A stretch of DNA of 64,000 nucleotides from Candidatus Kapaibacterium sp. (GCA_018882895.1 VERF01000003.1:854-64853); one strand, 5' to 3'. Counted from the stretch's first letter, positions 17,156 through 29,069 are shown. The notes: generated from the letters alone by a model not told the origin. Made by a program: numbers and translations.

Positions 17156-20100
17156 TCAATCGCGGATGATCACCGGGAGAACAGAACGCGTAAAGCCCGA
17201 TGAAACTTCGATCATGACCAATCCGCGAGGAAGTGTGCTGACGTCCAGTGTGAACGTCTGCTGGCCAGGCGGTGCCATCCCGAGTGACTTGGTAGAGAGT
17301 ATGCTTCCGCGAGCATCAAGGAATCGCACATTCAGATCTAGTGAGGTGGGAAGATCAGCAGCGATCATCACGACGTCACTTGCAGGTTGTGGTCCGAGAA
17401 GTCGGAGGCCAATTCCACTGATCTCTGAGTCATCAACTGAAGTGCCGGCGTTGACCTTGACGACGACGCTTTGTGATGTGATGCTGCCACACTGGCCGCT
17501 TACCTCGCAGGCATATGAGCCTTCGTCGGCCTTCGAAGCCGCAGGTACGGTGTAAGAGGCTGACGATGCACCAACGATGGTCATTCCATCACGTTTCCAT
17601 TGATACGTCAGAGCCGGACCCGTTGCAACAACAGTAAGAGTCACGGGCTTTCCTTCATCGACCGTTTGTGGCGTCGGTTGCGTTGTGATCGTCGGACGTG
17701 GCTGGATTGTGACTGTTGCCGGTTGTGAGGTGACAGCTGGAGGACACTCTCCTGATATGACGCAGTCATATTTCCCGGCCGCACCGGTCGACGCGGTGTC
17801 GGCGGTAAAGGTGGCCGTATTTGCTCCGGTGATGTTGACGCCATCCTTGCGCCACTGGTACTTGGCCGCGACACTCGACGAGGCAACTGACAGCGTCAGC
17901 TTCGCCCCCTGGCAGACAGATGTCGATGCAGGCTGACGTGTGATCGACGGAGGGGCATCAATCATGAACGGCGTGGTCAGAATACTGACGTGACCATTTA
18001 CGGTTGAAATTCGCAGCACATACGAACCTGCCACAACGCTCGGCGGTATCTTCCACAAGTAGGAACGTCCTCCGGTACTGCGGATAACGTCGGCCCACTT
18101 TCCGGATCCTTCCACCGAGTATTCGATTCTGAACTTTGTCGTGTCTGCTACCCCGGACGCATCCCACGCAAGGGGCTTGCTTGAACCGATACAATAGACT
18201 TCACCACCCTTTGGTGTGACGATCTCGAGACTTCCCGGGGTGTATTTCGTCAGATACCCGTCGGAAGCTCCGGAGTAAGAGGCATACGCCGAGTCGTGCG
18301 TGCGAAGGTTCGCTGATGTTGAGTTTGCAGCAAGAAGTGCATCTCCACGGAAGTCCAGAATGGCATCCACCACCGTGTCAGATTCAAGACCTGTTAGCAG
18401 TGTGGAGACAGTGACAGCTCCGAAATTCATCATCGTATAGAAGCCGTCGGTCAGTCCGAACCGCTCTGCTGTCGCACCAAACCCTTCCGTTGGGAAGTCA
18501 CTGGAAGTGGTCGTTCCCGAGATAAGAAAGGCTGACGTGCGGCCACTCGGACGGACATTTCGCACCAGATCGTCGCCGCTGCCTCCGATATAGGTACACG
18601 AAATGACCTGCGTGCCATTATCAGCTACTTGGGCAACGAAACCATCAAGGCGTCCCGGCGCTTGGGAAAACACGGATGCCGACGTCGGCAGATTGTTCGA
18701 TCTGGTGTTTCCTCCGATGAAGATCTTCCCATCGGAATCAAGCCACATGGCCACTGTTTCTTCATCTGCGCTGCCTCCGAAGAGCGTCGCGAAGGTGATA
18801 CCGTCGGTCTGAGAAAAGGTCAGACCGCTACTCATCTTGACAACGAAAACGTCACTGGTTCCGCCGTTATATGTTCGGTCGTAAGGAAGCCGCCCCGTCC
18901 ACGTAGCATCTGCAATTGGAACGGCCTCGAAGCTGGTCGACGTGGTTGTGCCCGTCAGGACAACAAAACCTCGACTGTCCACGGCAACGCTTGTGAATGC
19001 ATCGTTGCCTTCACGTCCGTAGTAGCGTGACTTTTGCATCGTTCCGGTGGCCGAATAGATCGCAATGAATCCATCCTGCTGCCCAAGATTGCTGTTTCCG
19101 CTTGAGATGCCTACGGTTCGAGTCTTGGTATCGCGTCCGTCCTGGTACTGCCAAACAAGGTTTGCCGTTGCGGTCATGTTGTTCGGGAAATTCGCCGTCG
19201 AGGTCGTCGATCCCGCCAAGTAGATGAACCCCGATTCGTCTACGGCGATATCGCGCGGAATGTCATCGCGGTTGCCGCCATGATAGAAGCCTGTAAGCAG
19301 TTTTGTCAAGGTAGAATCAAGCTTTGCGACATACGCATCGGTCGCCGCCTTGATAGTCTTGAACTGTGCTGCCGGAGTTGTCGGCATGTCGTTGGATGTG
19401 GTCTCGATAGCGAGATAGACATTCTGCTGTCCATCGATCGTCATCGATCGAAGGCGGTCTCCGGCCGAACCGCCGATGAACGTCATCGCAAGTATCCGTT
19501 GAAACTTCGCGTCGCAAATCAGAACGAATGCATCATTATCACCTTTGATCGACTTCGAGTACCCGCCTACACCTGTCGGAACCGTCATCTGAGCAGTTGT
19601 GCCGCTCACGAGTAGATTGCCACTCGGCATGACTTCGATGGCCGTGATGGCATCGAACGCGCCTCCTCCGATGTACGAACCATAGACGAAGGAACCTGCC
19701 TTGGTTGCATCCATGGTATTGACGCCCGATCGATCAGAACGAACGATATGAACGCTTTCAGCCAGATGTTCCTGGCCCGTTTGGATCGATCGGACCAGAC
19801 GTCCATCTTCTCCTACGGAGAGGTTTACAATAGCGCCAGAAGGAAACCTAAAGCGAATTGGCTGGTCTCTGAATGCAGCTGTAGAGAAGGAATTCCGCGA
19901 CCCTCCCGAGAAGTAGGACACAGTTGTGCCACCTACAGGAGAATCAGGATCCAACATCACAGCGCCGGCAAAATGCTCTGAGAAAACGGTCCCCGTACGA
20001 ACGCCATCGCGCACGGTGTACTCATCGCAAATGACTCCGCTGGTTGTCACCCATACATCTGCACCGCGCGTGCGCGTAGCAGCTATGATGTGCGATGGCC

Positions 20101-20218
20101 ATTGACCGGCATTGAGAATCAAACCGGCCGAACGGACATTGTCCGCCCCTTGCGCGCTGATAACCACAACGGCAAAGCACGCGGCTGTTACGCACAGCCC
20201 CCAAATTTTCGAACGCAT
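17156..20218 (-). CDS. 1020-aa secreted protein: SBBP-type beta-propeller repeats + two Ig (I-set-like) domains + T9SS C-terminal domain
   Basis: Signal peptide MRSKIWGLCVTAACFAVVVISAQG. Repeats of the form GGSxxD...VDxxGxxYLxGxTxSxxFPT. Tandem Ig modules with YQW[RK]KDG...Y.C. A CTD-like tail ...GLVMIEVSSGFTRSVLPVIIRD. Confidence 0.75.
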   Translation of the reverse strand: MRSKIWGLCVTAACFAVVVISAQGADNVRSAGLILNAGQWPSHIIAATRTRGADVWVTTSGVICDEYTVRDGVRTGTVFSEHFAGAVMLDPDSPVGGTTVSYFSGGSRNSFSTAAFRDQPIRFRFPSGAIVNLSVGEDGRLVRSIQTGQEHLAESVHIVRSDRSGVNTMDATKAGSFVYGSYIGGGAFDAITAIEVMPSGNLLVSGTTAQMTVPTGVGGYSKSIKGDNDAFVLICDAKFQRILAMTFIGGSAGDRLRSMTIDGQQNVYLAIETTSNDMPTTPAAQFKTIKAATDAYVAKLDSTLTKLLTGFYHGGNRDDIPRDIAVDESGFIYLAGSTTSTANFPNNMTATANLVWQYQDGRDTKTRTVGISSGNSNLGQQDGFIAIYSATGTMQKSRYYGREGNDAFTSVAVDSRGFVVLTGTTTSTSFEAVPIADATWTGRLPYDRTYNGGTSDVFVVKMSSGLTFSQTDGITFATLFGGSADEETVAMWLDSDGKIFIGGNTRSNNLPTSASVFSQAPGRLDGFVAQVADNGTQVISCTYIGGSGDDLVRNVRPSGRTSAFLISGTTTSSDFPTEGFGATAERFGLTDGFYTMMNFGAVTVSTLLTGLESDTVVDAILDFRGDALLAANSTSANLRTHDSAYASYSGASDGYLTKYTPGSLEIVTPKGGEVYCIGSSKPLAWDASGVADTTKFRIEYSVEGSGKWADVIRSTGGRSYLWKIPPSVVAGSYVLRISTVNGHVSILTTPFMIDAPPSITRQPASTSVCQGAKLTLSVASSSVAAKYQWRKDGVNITGANTATFTADTASTGAAGKYDCVISGECPPAVTSQPATVTIQPRPTITTQPTPQTVDEGKPVTLTVVATGPALTYQWKRDGMTIVGASSASYTVPAASKADEGSYACEVSGQCGSITSQSVVVKVNAGTSVDDSEISGIGLRLLGPQPASDVVMIAADLPTSLDLNVRFLDARGSILSTKSLGMAPPGQQTFTLDVSTLPRGLVMIEVSSGFTRSVLPVIIRD

Positions 20219-20281
20219 TGTTGCCCCAGAAGAAATTGCTGGGAGTCAAAATACGACACCGGGACCCAATCATCCCCCTCT

Positions 20282-21010
20282 TTAGCGCACCAAAAAGTCC
20301 ATTTTTACTGTAATACTGGCCGTTTTCTTTCTGCTTGTAGTATTGAAAGCACCGCCCCAGGTGTACTCCTCATCGCTATTCGGTGCCGTGATCTGGAACG
20401 TGCCCATGCTTGCCTGGTAAAGCTTCCCAAGTCCCCCGCCGGAATTAATGGCGATCGCCTTGGCACGTTCCATACCGTCGGCAGATGCTTTATTCAGGAG
20501 ATCGATCTTCAGATCCTTGAGTTTCGAATAGTAGTACTTGGGAACCTCTGATTGTAACGCAAGGCCAGTATTTAGTAGCTCTGAGATCTCTCGGCTTACC
20601 ATCTCGATATGATCGACATTGCGGCTCTCGATCTTGACAGTTTGGGAGAGCTGATATCCATCAAACTTCTGCACAAGATTGTCCCCCATCGGCACCTCAG
20701 TGAAGACCTTTCGGATCTCAACGGCACCGATCACTACCTCCTTGGGATCGACTCCCTTTTGGGTGAGATACGTTCTGACGGCATCTGCGTCGGTCTTGAT
20801 AAGAGAGTATGCCTCATTCAATTGCATTGCCTTTCGTTCAAAGGTTCCTTGCCATACGATGAGGTCGCTTAAGAAATCAACTTGGGCAAGCCCCGTGACC
20901 GAGATCTGCTCCCTCTTGGACATGGAAGAGGTGACGGTATAGGATAGAACAACTGCTGCCATGACAATGGCCAGAGCAAGGATTACGGTGGGAATCCATT
21001 CACGTTTCAC
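20282..21010 (-). CDS. SIMPL/DUF541-domain periplasmic protein
   Basis: N-terminal TM, then ISVTGLAQVDF... and a C-terminal ...TASITVKMDFLVR pattern. Length is typical of SIMPL (26-kDa periplasmic immunogenic protein) family members. Confidence 0.7.
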   Translation of the reverse strand: MKREWIPTVILALAIVMAAVVLSYTVTSSMSKREQISVTGLAQVDFLSDLIVWQGTFERKAMQLNEAYSLIKTDADAVRTYLTQKGVDPKEVVIGAVEIRKVFTEVPMGDNLVQKFDGYQLSQTVKIESRNVDHIEMVSREISELLNTGLALQSEVPKYYYSKLKDLKIDLLNKASADGMERAKAIAINSGGGLGKLYQASMGTFQITAPNSDEEYTWGGAFNTTSRKKTASITVKMDFLVR

Positions 21011-21053
21011 GTCAAAACCTCCGTATGAGAGCGTTCACAGCTATTATTGAAGA

Positions 21054-22184
21054 ATGCGGACGGTGAACATACGATTTTTCGCCCACGACATTGCAGACGC
21101 TGCTGTTATGAGGCGTGTTGCGATGCTTCATCGTGCCGGAGCAGCCGTTTCGGTGGTCGGTTTCACACGAGGCCAAAACCAGCCGTCGGAGGCCGCGTCA
21201 GTGAAGATACTCGGCCAAACCCGAAATGCGAGGTTCGTGCATCGGATTTGGGCCGTGCTTTTCCAGTCACTAAAGATGATGCTGGGTCCCAGCGCCACGG
21301 ATCATGCCAACGTCGTCATAGCACGAAATCTGGAAATGCTGATGCTGGCCGTAATGGAGCGTTTGACGAAGCGGGGCCGCGTACCCATCATTTACGAGTG
21401 TCTGGATATTCATCGACTGATGCTCGGTAAGGGGCCAGCGTCTGCCGCTCTACGGAGTCTTGAACGATGGCTTCTCTCCTTCTGCAGTGCGATCATCACA
21501 AGCTCTCCGGCCTACGAAAAATGCTACTTCCGCCCTATCGCTCGGACCTCATTGCCGGTGATTCTCATTGAGAACACAGTCTTCGGACTTCCTTCAGAGT
21601 GCTCTGCCAAGCCCCCTGCAACGAGTCCACCATGGATCATAGCCTGGAACGGGGCTGTCCGGTGCGCTAAGAGTCTGAAGATTCTCAACGAGCTCACCCT
21701 GAGCGCAAATGGGATCGTTCGGCTGTTGATCAATGGCAGGGTTTCGTACGACCAGATCCCGGATTTCCACATGATTGTGGATGCCAATCCGTGGATCGAG
21801 TTCCGTGGTCCGTACCGATATCCGGAGGGCCTGGATTCCGTGTATGACGGAGTGCATTTCAACTGGACGATCGACATGTTCTGGGAAGGACAGAACTCGA
21901 CGTGGGCCTTGGCGAATAGAATCTATGAGGGTGGACGCGCCGGAGTCGTGCCGATAGCCCAACGATCCGTAGAGACGGGTGCGTACTATGAGCGCCTCGG
22001 TATTGGCCTGTTACTTGACGAGTTGACCGCTCAGGCACTTTGGGATCGACTCTCTACAATGACGGCAAACGAGTATGCTCAAATGCACGCCGAATGTGCG
22101 GCCATTCCGGGCGATACATGGACCATGACGCAGGAATCGGCAGAGAAGATCCTTGATCGGCTGTGCCAATTGTCAAACGGTTGA
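21054..22184 (+). CDS. putative glycosyltransferase (uncertain)
   Basis: Rossmann-like N-terminus MRTVNIRFFAHDIADAAVMRRV...AGAAVSVVGF and a YECLDIHR motif that I associate with exopolysaccharide glycosyltransferase-like proteins. No firm family assignment. Confidence 0.4.
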   Translation: MRTVNIRFFAHDIADAAVMRRVAMLHRAGAAVSVVGFTRGQNQPSEAASVKILGQTRNARFVHRIWAVLFQSLKMMLGPSATDHANVVIARNLEMLMLAVMERLTKRGRVPIIYECLDIHRLMLGKGPASAALRSLERWLLSFCSAIITSSPAYEKCYFRPIARTSLPVILIENTVFGLPSECSAKPPATSPPWIIAWNGAVRCAKSLKILNELTLSANGIVRLLINGRVSYDQIPDFHMIVDANPWIEFRGPYRYPEGLDSVYDGVHFNWTIDMFWEGQNSTWALANRIYEGGRAGVVPIAQRSVETGAYYERLGIGLLLDELTAQALWDRLSTMTANEYAQMHAECAAIPGDTWTMTQESAEKILDRLCQLSNG

Positions 22185-22185
22185 C

Positions 22186-22887
22186 TCAGGATCTGTTCGA
22201 TGAATCCAGGCACGAACGAATCGCTTCGACGTACTTCTGAACATAAACAGCGACGTCGCGCCGGCGATACTGCATGATGTATCGCGGATGATCAAGGTAG
22301 ATAACCCGGTCAAGTCCGACCTCTGATCGGATGTATCGTTCTGAGTATTGGCGCAGCTTCCCCGTGCCCAGGATGATCGTTACATCGCGCCGCACCCCGG
22401 CATCCAGCGCGAGATTCATCCACTGGATGATCTGCGGACGAAGTCGGGATGCGAGTTCAGCGTCGTCATAGAAATTGATGTTCACCCCGTTTCGAATAAA
22501 TCCAAGCGGGCTGAGAGCCGACATATAAACATCATGATAAAAAGCTTTTGGCCCTCCATACGCAGAGATCACGCGTGAGATGAACTCCGCCGACAGTTCC
22601 CGACGTCCGGTGAGTGTCGTCTCGATCCCGAGGTCATTCTCAACTGCCCATGGGTCGGTGAAGGAGAGCCCCGTGATTCCGGCTCCAAACCTGCCGGGAT
22701 TGATGCCCCAGACACCGATGCGCGCATGCGCCCCTGCATAGAACGTGCGACACATTTCGTGTACCACACGCCGCACTTCCGGATCATAGTACGGTTGAAG
22801 GATGTCGATTTCCGACGGTAGCTCTGCGTCGATGCTCAGCGACGACAGGAACTGCTCAACAAAGGCGGCGAATCTCTCAGATGCCAT
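22186..22887 (-). CDS. uracil-DNA glycosylase superfamily protein (DUF4918-like)
   Basis: GVWGINPGRFGAGITGLSFTDP matches the motif-1 region of this UDG-like family. The ATG at 22887 (MASERFAAFV...) avoids a 100-nt overlap with the upstream gene. Confidence 0.55.
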   Translation of the reverse strand: MASERFAAFVEQFLSSLSIDAELPSEIDILQPYYDPEVRRVVHEMCRTFYAGAHARIGVWGINPGRFGAGITGLSFTDPWAVENDLGIETTLTGRRELSAEFISRVISAYGGPKAFYHDVYMSALSPLGFIRNGVNINFYDDAELASRLRPQIIQWMNLALDAGVRRDVTIILGTGKLRQYSERYIRSEVGLDRVIYLDHPRYIMQYRRRDVAVYVQKYVEAIRSCLDSSNRS

Positions 22888-24373
22888 ATACGTCGCGTGC
22901 CTTGGCACCAACGTAATCGAGAAAATCTTTCGCTGTAAGGGGGCGCCCCGTAACCCGACGAATGATCTCATCCGGCAGTTCTGTCCTGCCATAGGAATGG
23001 ATATTGGTCCTGAGCCACGAAAGGATCTCGTCGAAACGTCCGTTTGCGATCTGCTCCCTCACCCCAGATATGGCCTCTTGCATGGCATTCCACTCCATGG
23101 CAGCATAGAGTTTGCCGAGCGTGTATGAGGGGAAGTAACCAATACCACCGAAGGACCAGTGGACGTCTTGAAGGCACCCTTCGGCATCATTCGGAGGCAC
23201 AACACCGAGTGATGAACGCATCTTTTCGTTCCACACTTCGGGAATGTCAGAAACCGAAAGTTTGCCAGCGATCAGATCGCGTTCGATCTCAAATCGCAGG
23301 ATGATGTGAAGGTTGTAGGTCAGCTCGTCACTTTCGACACGATTCAGGGATGGACGCATCGTGTTGATCGCGCAGTAGAATGACCTAGCGGTCTGATCGG
23401 CCAGCTGCTCAGGGAATCGCTCTCGCAGGATTGGCAGAGCCCACGACCAGAACTCCTCACTGCGGGCGACCACGTTCTCCCAAAACAACGACTGTGACTC
23501 GTGGATGCCCATGCTTGCTCCGCCCCCTGCCGAGGTCCTGTTCAGGTCATCGGCAATACCCTGCTCGTACATTCCGTGGCCGGCCTCATGAATGAGACCA
23601 AATAGGCAAGAGCGCAGATCATTCGGACGAATTCTCGTGGTCAGGCGTACGTCACGATTACCAAAGTTGGTGCAGAACGGATGCGCGGACAGGTCAACGC
23701 GACCGATCGAGAGGTCGAAACCAAGCTTGGAGATGATGGACGTGGCAACGTCCTGTTGGTGCGACGCAGGATACGTGCGGTACAGAACATCGTCCGACAC
23801 GGCATGTTGTCTCGGCTCAATCGCCTTGATAAGTTCCACGGTGCCGCGCCGCAATTCATCGAAAACAGGCGTGAGTCCCGCCACCGTAAGTCCGGGTTCG
23901 AACTGGTCTAGATGAACGTCATACGGATGCTCCGAGGGTCCGAGCAGTTCAGATTCACGACGCTTAAGGTCGACGATATGCTGAAGAAGGGGCTGGAAGA
24001 TCGTAAAGTCCGATGCAGCCCTGGCACGCTTCCAGGCATCCTGCGCCATAGCTGCGGTGCGGGCCATATCCTCGACGTGTTCAGCCGGCAGCTTCCTTGA
24101 TAGGTCATGGTCGCGAAGAAACACCCGGCTGATGCGTTGCTCGCGTTCCGGATACGATCCCATCTCGACTCTTACCCGCTCGGCGATCTCCGTCGCACGG
24201 GCTCCGGTCATGGTCTCGTGTATGATCGTTGAGAGTGTTCCCATCTGATCAGCACGACCCTGTACGGCACCATCAGGCATGTACGTTTCCTGATCCCACC
24301 CAAGCACGGAGGCAGCCGCACCAAGGTCGGCCGCAGTATTCATAACACGCTGCAGATCATTAAAGGCATTCAT
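22877..24373 (-). CDS. M32 carboxypeptidase (Taq-type metallocarboxypeptidase)
   Basis: HEAGHGMYEQG zinc motif, DVHWSFGGIGYFPSYTLG and IHESQSLFWEN. Confidence 0.9.
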   Translation of the reverse strand: MNAFNDLQRVMNTAADLGAAASVLGWDQETYMPDGAVQGRADQMGTLSTIIHETMTGARATEIAERVRVEMGSYPEREQRISRVFLRDHDLSRKLPAEHVEDMARTAAMAQDAWKRARAASDFTIFQPLLQHIVDLKRRESELLGPSEHPYDVHLDQFEPGLTVAGLTPVFDELRRGTVELIKAIEPRQHAVSDDVLYRTYPASHQQDVATSIISKLGFDLSIGRVDLSAHPFCTNFGNRDVRLTTRIRPNDLRSCLFGLIHEAGHGMYEQGIADDLNRTSAGGGASMGIHESQSLFWENVVARSEEFWSWALPILRERFPEQLADQTARSFYCAINTMRPSLNRVESDELTYNLHIILRFEIERDLIAGKLSVSDIPEVWNEKMRSSLGVVPPNDAEGCLQDVHWSFGGIGYFPSYTLGKLYAAMEWNAMQEAISGVREQIANGRFDEILSWLRTNIHSYGRTELPDEIIRRVTGRPLTAKDFLDYVGAKARDVYGI

Positions 24374-24393
24374 GTGGGTTCTCCTCGGAAGGA

Positions 24394-25440
24394 TCAGATG
24401 ATCATCAACGCATCGCCATAGGCAAACAACCGGTAGTCGCTCTTCATGGCGCGCTTGTATGCCTTGAACATAGCGTCTTTGCCACCAGCGTAAGCTGTGG
24501 CAACCAACAGTGACGGCGATGCCGGCTGGTGGAAGTTGGTGATGAAACGGTTGGCGATCTTGAATTCATACGGAGGATGGATGAACTTATCAGTCCACCC
24601 CCTATTTGGCTTGACGATGCCGCTTGTCAGAACGCTGGACTCAAGTGCACGAACAACGCTGCAGCCGACGGCATAAACATTCCGCTTGGACTTGAGAGCC
24701 TTGTTGATCACATCGGCCGAATCCTTCGTGATCTCAAAGTACTCGCTGTACATTCGGTGCTTGGTCAGATCCTCAACTTCGATGGTCTCAAACACCCCTT
24801 GTCCGATATTCAGCTGTACGGTGGCGATCTTGATGCCCTTCTTCTCAGCTGCCTTAAGAAGCTTTTCGGAGAAGTGCAGTCCAGCCGTCGGTGGGGCTAT
24901 CGAGCCTACCTTCGCCGGATTGGCGAACACGCACTGATAGTCCTTCTTGTCAGCCTCGGTAGGTTCACGCTTGATGTACTCCGGAATCGGCATCTGGCCG
25001 ATGGTTTCGATCACATCATGCAGGTCACCATCATACGAGAATCGGACAGTGCGACCCCGGGAGGTTGTGTTATCAATGATCTCACAGTAGAATCGGTTGT
25101 TGTCGAAGTAGATCTTGTTACCGATCCGAACCTTGCGGGCCGGCTCGACCAGCACATCCCAGATTCGCTCCTGAGCCTTGAGCTCGCGCAGCAACATGAC
25201 CTCGATCTTGGCGTTTGTCTTTTCCTTCTTTCCGAAGAGCCGTGCCGGGAAGACCTTGGTGTCGTTCAGGACGATGACATCGCCGGCGTTCATGTAGGAC
25301 AGGATGTCCTTGAACGTTTTGTCCTCCATTTCGCCGGTCTCACGGTTGAGCACCATCATTTTGGCGCTTTCGCGTGGCGAAACCGGGTTTTTGGCAATTG
25401 AATTCTTTGGAACGGAGAACTTGAACTCGGAGAGTTTCAT
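24394..25440 (-). CDS. queA: S-adenosylmethionine:tRNA ribosyltransferase-isomerase
   Basis: MKLSEFKFSVPKNSIAKNPVSPRESAKMMVL...VAPPTAGLHF...FHQPASPSLLV. QueA-typical over its full length. Confidence 0.9.
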   Translation of the reverse strand: MKLSEFKFSVPKNSIAKNPVSPRESAKMMVLNRETGEMEDKTFKDILSYMNAGDVIVLNDTKVFPARLFGKKEKTNAKIEVMLLRELKAQERIWDVLVEPARKVRIGNKIYFDNNRFYCEIIDNTTSRGRTVRFSYDGDLHDVIETIGQMPIPEYIKREPTEADKKDYQCVFANPAKVGSIAPPTAGLHFSEKLLKAAEKKGIKIATVQLNIGQGVFETIEVEDLTKHRMYSEYFEITKDSADVINKALKSKRNVYAVGCSVVRALESSVLTSGIVKPNRGWTDKFIHPPYEFKIANRFITNFHQPASPSLLVATAYAGGKDAMFKAYKRAMKSDYRLFAYGDALMII

Positions 25441-25523
25441 GAATTACCGGCTCGCTGAGGTTGGAAAAGACGGCAAAGATACGGCGATTTAAGGCCGTTT
25501 GCCACCTTTTTCAACAAACCTGA

Positions 25524-26933
25524 TCAGCGGAGAATAATGAGGTGGTAGAGGTGTTCGAATTGCAGCGCCAGCAGCGCAACTACTATAATCACCAATCTGT
25601 TACGCCACTCTTTCAACCTTACTGCAACGGATTTAGGCCTCTGGAAAACCTCAGTTGCCACGACTGCCGTGGCGCAGATCATCAGGGGCACGATGGGAAG
25701 GTGGTACTTGGCCAGTGCAAATGCGGCCACGTGGGGTGCGATGATGACGCCGAACACGCCCCAATGCAGGAGCCTTCCTCCAGACCATGCTCCCGATCTA
25801 AGCAGGGTATGAATGATCCAACCGAATAGAACCAGAAGGAAGAAGCCCCCTTCCAGAAGCATGACCATCGCGAAAACCGCATCAGGGTAACCGAAAACAA
25901 GCTGTAGTTCCCGAGCAGCCGTATAGTCACAACCGAAGAAGCCGCGCACACGATTTGACATTCTGTAGAGTGTTCGACCCGGATTCTGTGCCATGAAGGC
26001 ACGGGCCGAGTCAAGCATTACCTCGCGCTGTGCAAGCGAAGCGTTCTCTGCCGTCTCTCCGTCAAAAAAGCCTCGAATGAATGCTTCTGCTTCCGGGTCG
26101 ATATCTGTCAGTGCCCGCTGTCCGAAGTGGCCCGTCTTGTAGTCCGGGGTAAAGCGGTTGTTAGCAAGAAGCACGTTCCACTCTGAATTGGTCGAAAGTG
26201 TCCAGCCATGACCTCTCTGCGCATGAAACCACAGCACGGGAAGGGTCATCCCACCCAGCACAGCAAGGAGGATGACCTTTGCAACGAAGACTCTTCGCAC
26301 ACGTTCGCGGTGACCCTTCAATTCGATCCAAGTCCAAACGAGCATGAAGGGGGCTAGCAGCATCGTACCGGGACGCGTCAAAACTGCAAGACCACAGAAG
26401 AACGCAGCCAATATCCACATCAGATGGGACCGGCTGCGAACGGCACGAATCATCGCACCGAGCGCCATGGCGACAGCTGCGGACGTCAGGGGCAACGATG
26501 AGATCTGGACGCTGGAAAGGACAACGTGCGGGTAAAGGGCGCCCAAAAGGGTCGCCACAAAGACGGCAGGGTCTGACAGCTGCAGCGAACGCGCCAGCCA
26601 TGTTATGCTGAGCATGAATGCAATGGAGATCAGGACGCCGGTAATGTGCTCAGCAAGGATACCTGGACCCAGAAGCTGGATGACAGGCATGGTGACCAAT
26701 GCCGTACCGGGGGGAAAGTACCAATGATCGAGCGTGCCCGAAAGCACCTGGTTTACCTGACGCACGTAGGCCGGCCCATCACCCATTTGCGGCATATCGG
26801 GCAGAACAACAAAGGCCACGAGAAGCCGCAAGGTCACACCGACCAACAATGCCAGTCGGATCCGGCGCGTCCAGACTTCCTGGGATGTTTCTTTGAAGAA
26901 TGAGCCCCCTACCATTCTGCGAATATCGCTCAT
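25524..26933 (-). CDS. polytopic glycosyltransferase, GT39/ArnT-like
   Basis: About 12 predicted TM segments with a periplasmic loop. Overall organisation resembles the dolichyl-phosphate-mannose/ArnT family. No diagnostic motif verified. Confidence 0.55.
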   Translation of the reverse strand: MSDIRRMVGGSFFKETSQEVWTRRIRLALLVGVTLRLLVAFVVLPDMPQMGDGPAYVRQVNQVLSGTLDHWYFPPGTALVTMPVIQLLGPGILAEHITGVLISIAFMLSITWLARSLQLSDPAVFVATLLGALYPHVVLSSVQISSLPLTSAAVAMALGAMIRAVRSRSHLMWILAAFFCGLAVLTRPGTMLLAPFMLVWTWIELKGHRERVRRVFVAKVILLAVLGGMTLPVLWFHAQRGHGWTLSTNSEWNVLLANNRFTPDYKTGHFGQRALTDIDPEAEAFIRGFFDGETAENASLAQREVMLDSARAFMAQNPGRTLYRMSNRVRGFFGCDYTAARELQLVFGYPDAVFAMVMLLEGGFFLLVLFGWIIHTLLRSGAWSGGRLLHWGVFGVIIAPHVAAFALAKYHLPIVPLMICATAVVATEVFQRPKSVAVRLKEWRNRLVIIVVALLALQFEHLYHLIILR

Positions 26934-26981
26934 AGGCCGTACGTTCGCAGTCCATGCCGCTCAAATACGTCTGGTTTCCCG

Positions 26982-29012
26982 ATGTCTGACTTTCAGCTTG
27001 TAACGAAATACTTGCCATCCGGTGACCAACCGAGGGCGATCACCGAACTGGTTGAAGGTTTAGGTTCCGGTCGACGCGAACAGACCCTTCTGGGAGTGAC
27101 CGGATCAGGCAAGACGTTCACGATCTCCAATGTGATTGCGCAATCTCAGCGCCCCACCCTTGTGATATCGCCGAACAAGACGCTCGCAGCACAGCTATAC
27201 GGGGAGTTCAAGTCGTTCTTTCCGAATAATGCCGTCGAGTTCTTCATCTCCTATTACGACTACTATCAGCCCGAGGCCTATGTTCCCCAGTCCGATCTTT
27301 TCATAGAGAAGGACTTTTCAATCAATGATGAGATCGACCGTCTTCGGCTCAGGGCGACTACATCCCTCGTGGAGGGCCGACGTGACGTGATCGTTATTGC
27401 TTCGGTTTCATGCATCTACGGCATCGGAGCCAAGGCCGACTTCAAGGATCAGCTGTTGCTTCTGAAGGAAGGCATGGAGATCAGCCGACAGCGTCTGCTC
27501 TACCGTCTCAACGACATCCATTATTCCCGCAATGACTTCGAGTTCATCCGAGGTACCTTCCGGGTTCGCGGAGATGTGGTAGACATCGTGCCAGCCGGAG
27601 AAGATAACCGCGCGCTTCGTGTAGAGATCTTCGACGATGTGATCGAGAAGGTCTCGTGGATTGATCGCCGAGATGGACGCGTGATTGAACGTGCCGAGAG
27701 TATTCTACTCTACCCGGCGCGACTTTTCGTTACATCTCAGTCACAGCTTTCGCGGGCAATGGTGGATATCAAGGACGAGCTCATCTCCCGTCTAGGAGAC
27801 CTTCGCGAGCTGGATAAGGGGCTTGAGGCACAGCGACTCGAGCAGCGGACCCTCTACGACCTCGAGATGATGAAGGAAGTCGGCTACTGCTCCGGCATTG
27901 AAAATTACTCGATGCATCTTTCGGGTCGCAAGCCGGGTGACGCGCCAAATTGTCTTATGGATTACTTCCCGGAGGACTTCCTCCTGGTGATCGACGAGAG
28001 TCATGCAACGATTCCTCAGCTCCGGGCCATGTACAACGGCGACCGTCAGCGCAAGATGACCCTTGTCGAACACGGCTTCCGTTTACCGAGCGCACTGGAG
28101 AATCGCCCACTCACCTTTGAAGAGTTCGAATCGCACATTCATCAGGCAATCTATGTGTCGGCCACACCTGGCGACTACGAACTTGAACGCTGCATGGGTG
28201 TGGTGACGGAGCAGATCATTCGGCCTACCGGACTTCTCGACCCGCGCATCGAGATCAGACCTGTACACAATCAGATCGATGACCTTGTGGGCGAGATTCG
28301 ATTGCGCGTTACTCGCAGTGAACGCATCCTCGTCACCACCCTTACCAAGAGAATGGCCGAGGACTTGACGGATTACCTTGCGAATCTCTCAATCCGCGTG
28401 ACCTACATACATAGCGACGTTGAGTCCCTCGAACGTGTTGAGATCATCCGCAACCTTCGATTGGGTCACTTCGACGTCTTGGTCGGCGTAAATCTCTTGC
28501 GAGAGGGCCTGGATCTCCCGGAGGTATCTCTTGTGGCCATTCTCGATGCCGATCGCGAGGGATTTCTGCGCAGTGAACGTTCACTGATGCAGACCGCAGG
28601 TAGGACTGCGCGCAACGTTGATGGTCTGGTGATCTTTTACGCAGATACGATCACACGTTCAATGCGTGCCGTCATTGACGAGACAAATCGGCGGCGCGAA
28701 CTGCAGCATGCATACAATCTGGAGCATGGAATCGAGCCAAAGACCGTGTACAAGTCACTTGAAGAGATTCTTGAATCCACCAGTGTGGCGGATATACAGG
28801 CATCGCGGACGCAAAAGGCGGCAGAGAAGACCAAGGCCAGCCACCGGGCGGCTGCCGAGCCCCTTATCGGATATCTGCCTGCCGAGGAACGCCAGGCGGC
28901 ACTTGATCAGATGTTTGTCGAAATGAAGGCTGCAGCTCGTGATCTCGACTTCGAACGAGCTGCAAGTCTCCGCGATCAGATTCAGCGGATTCAGCAGTCT
29001 GAGGGCACGTAA
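26982..29012 (+). CDS. uvrB: excinuclease ABC subunit B
   Basis: GVTGSGKTF Walker A, helicase motifs (LVIDESH, TPGDYE), and a C-terminal UVR motif [13 protein letters not shown]. Confidence 0.95.
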   Translation: MSDFQLVTKYLPSGDQPRAITELVEGLGSGRREQTLLGVTGSGKTFTISNVIAQSQRPTLVISPNKTLAAQLYGEFKSFFPNNAVEFFISYYDYYQPEAYVPQSDLFIEKDFSINDEIDRLRLRATTSLVEGRRDVIVIASVSCIYGIGAKADFKDQLLLLKEGMEISRQRLLYRLNDIHYSRNDFEFIRGTFRVRGDVVDIVPAGEDNRALRVEIFDDVIEKVSWIDRRDGRVIERAESILLYPARLFVTSQSQLSRAMVDIKDELISRLGDLRELDKGLEAQRLEQRTLYDLEMMKEVGYCSGIENYSMHLSGRKPGDAPNCLMDYFPEDFLLVIDESHATIPQLRAMYNGDRQRKMTLVEHGFRLPSALENRPLTFEEFESHIHQAIYVSATPGDYELERCMGVVTEQIIRPTGLLDPRIEIRPVHNQIDDLVGEIRLRVTRSERILVTTLTKRMAEDLTDYLANLSIRVTYIHSDVESLERVEIIRNLRLGHFDVLVGVNLLREGLDLPEVSLVAILDADREGFLRSERSLMQTAGRTARNVDGLVIFYADTITRSMRAVIDETNRRRELQHAYNLEHGIEPKTVYKSLEEILESTSVADIQASRTQKAAEKTKASHRAAAEPLIGYLPAEERQAALDQMFVEMKAAARDLDFERAASLRDQIQRIQQSEGT

Positions 29013-29069
29013 CTCCACACGCTATTGAGCCTGCGGACGTCGTAACTTTGCCGAATTGCAAACCTGAGC

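Noticed and set aside
24529-25401. 290-aa ORF on the plus strand, antisense to queA
   Set aside because: It lies entirely within a well-supported queA gene. Its translation is low-complexity (rich in L, D, G, V, R), has no recognisable motifs and has no RBS context. It is a typical shadow ORF of a GC-biased coding region.
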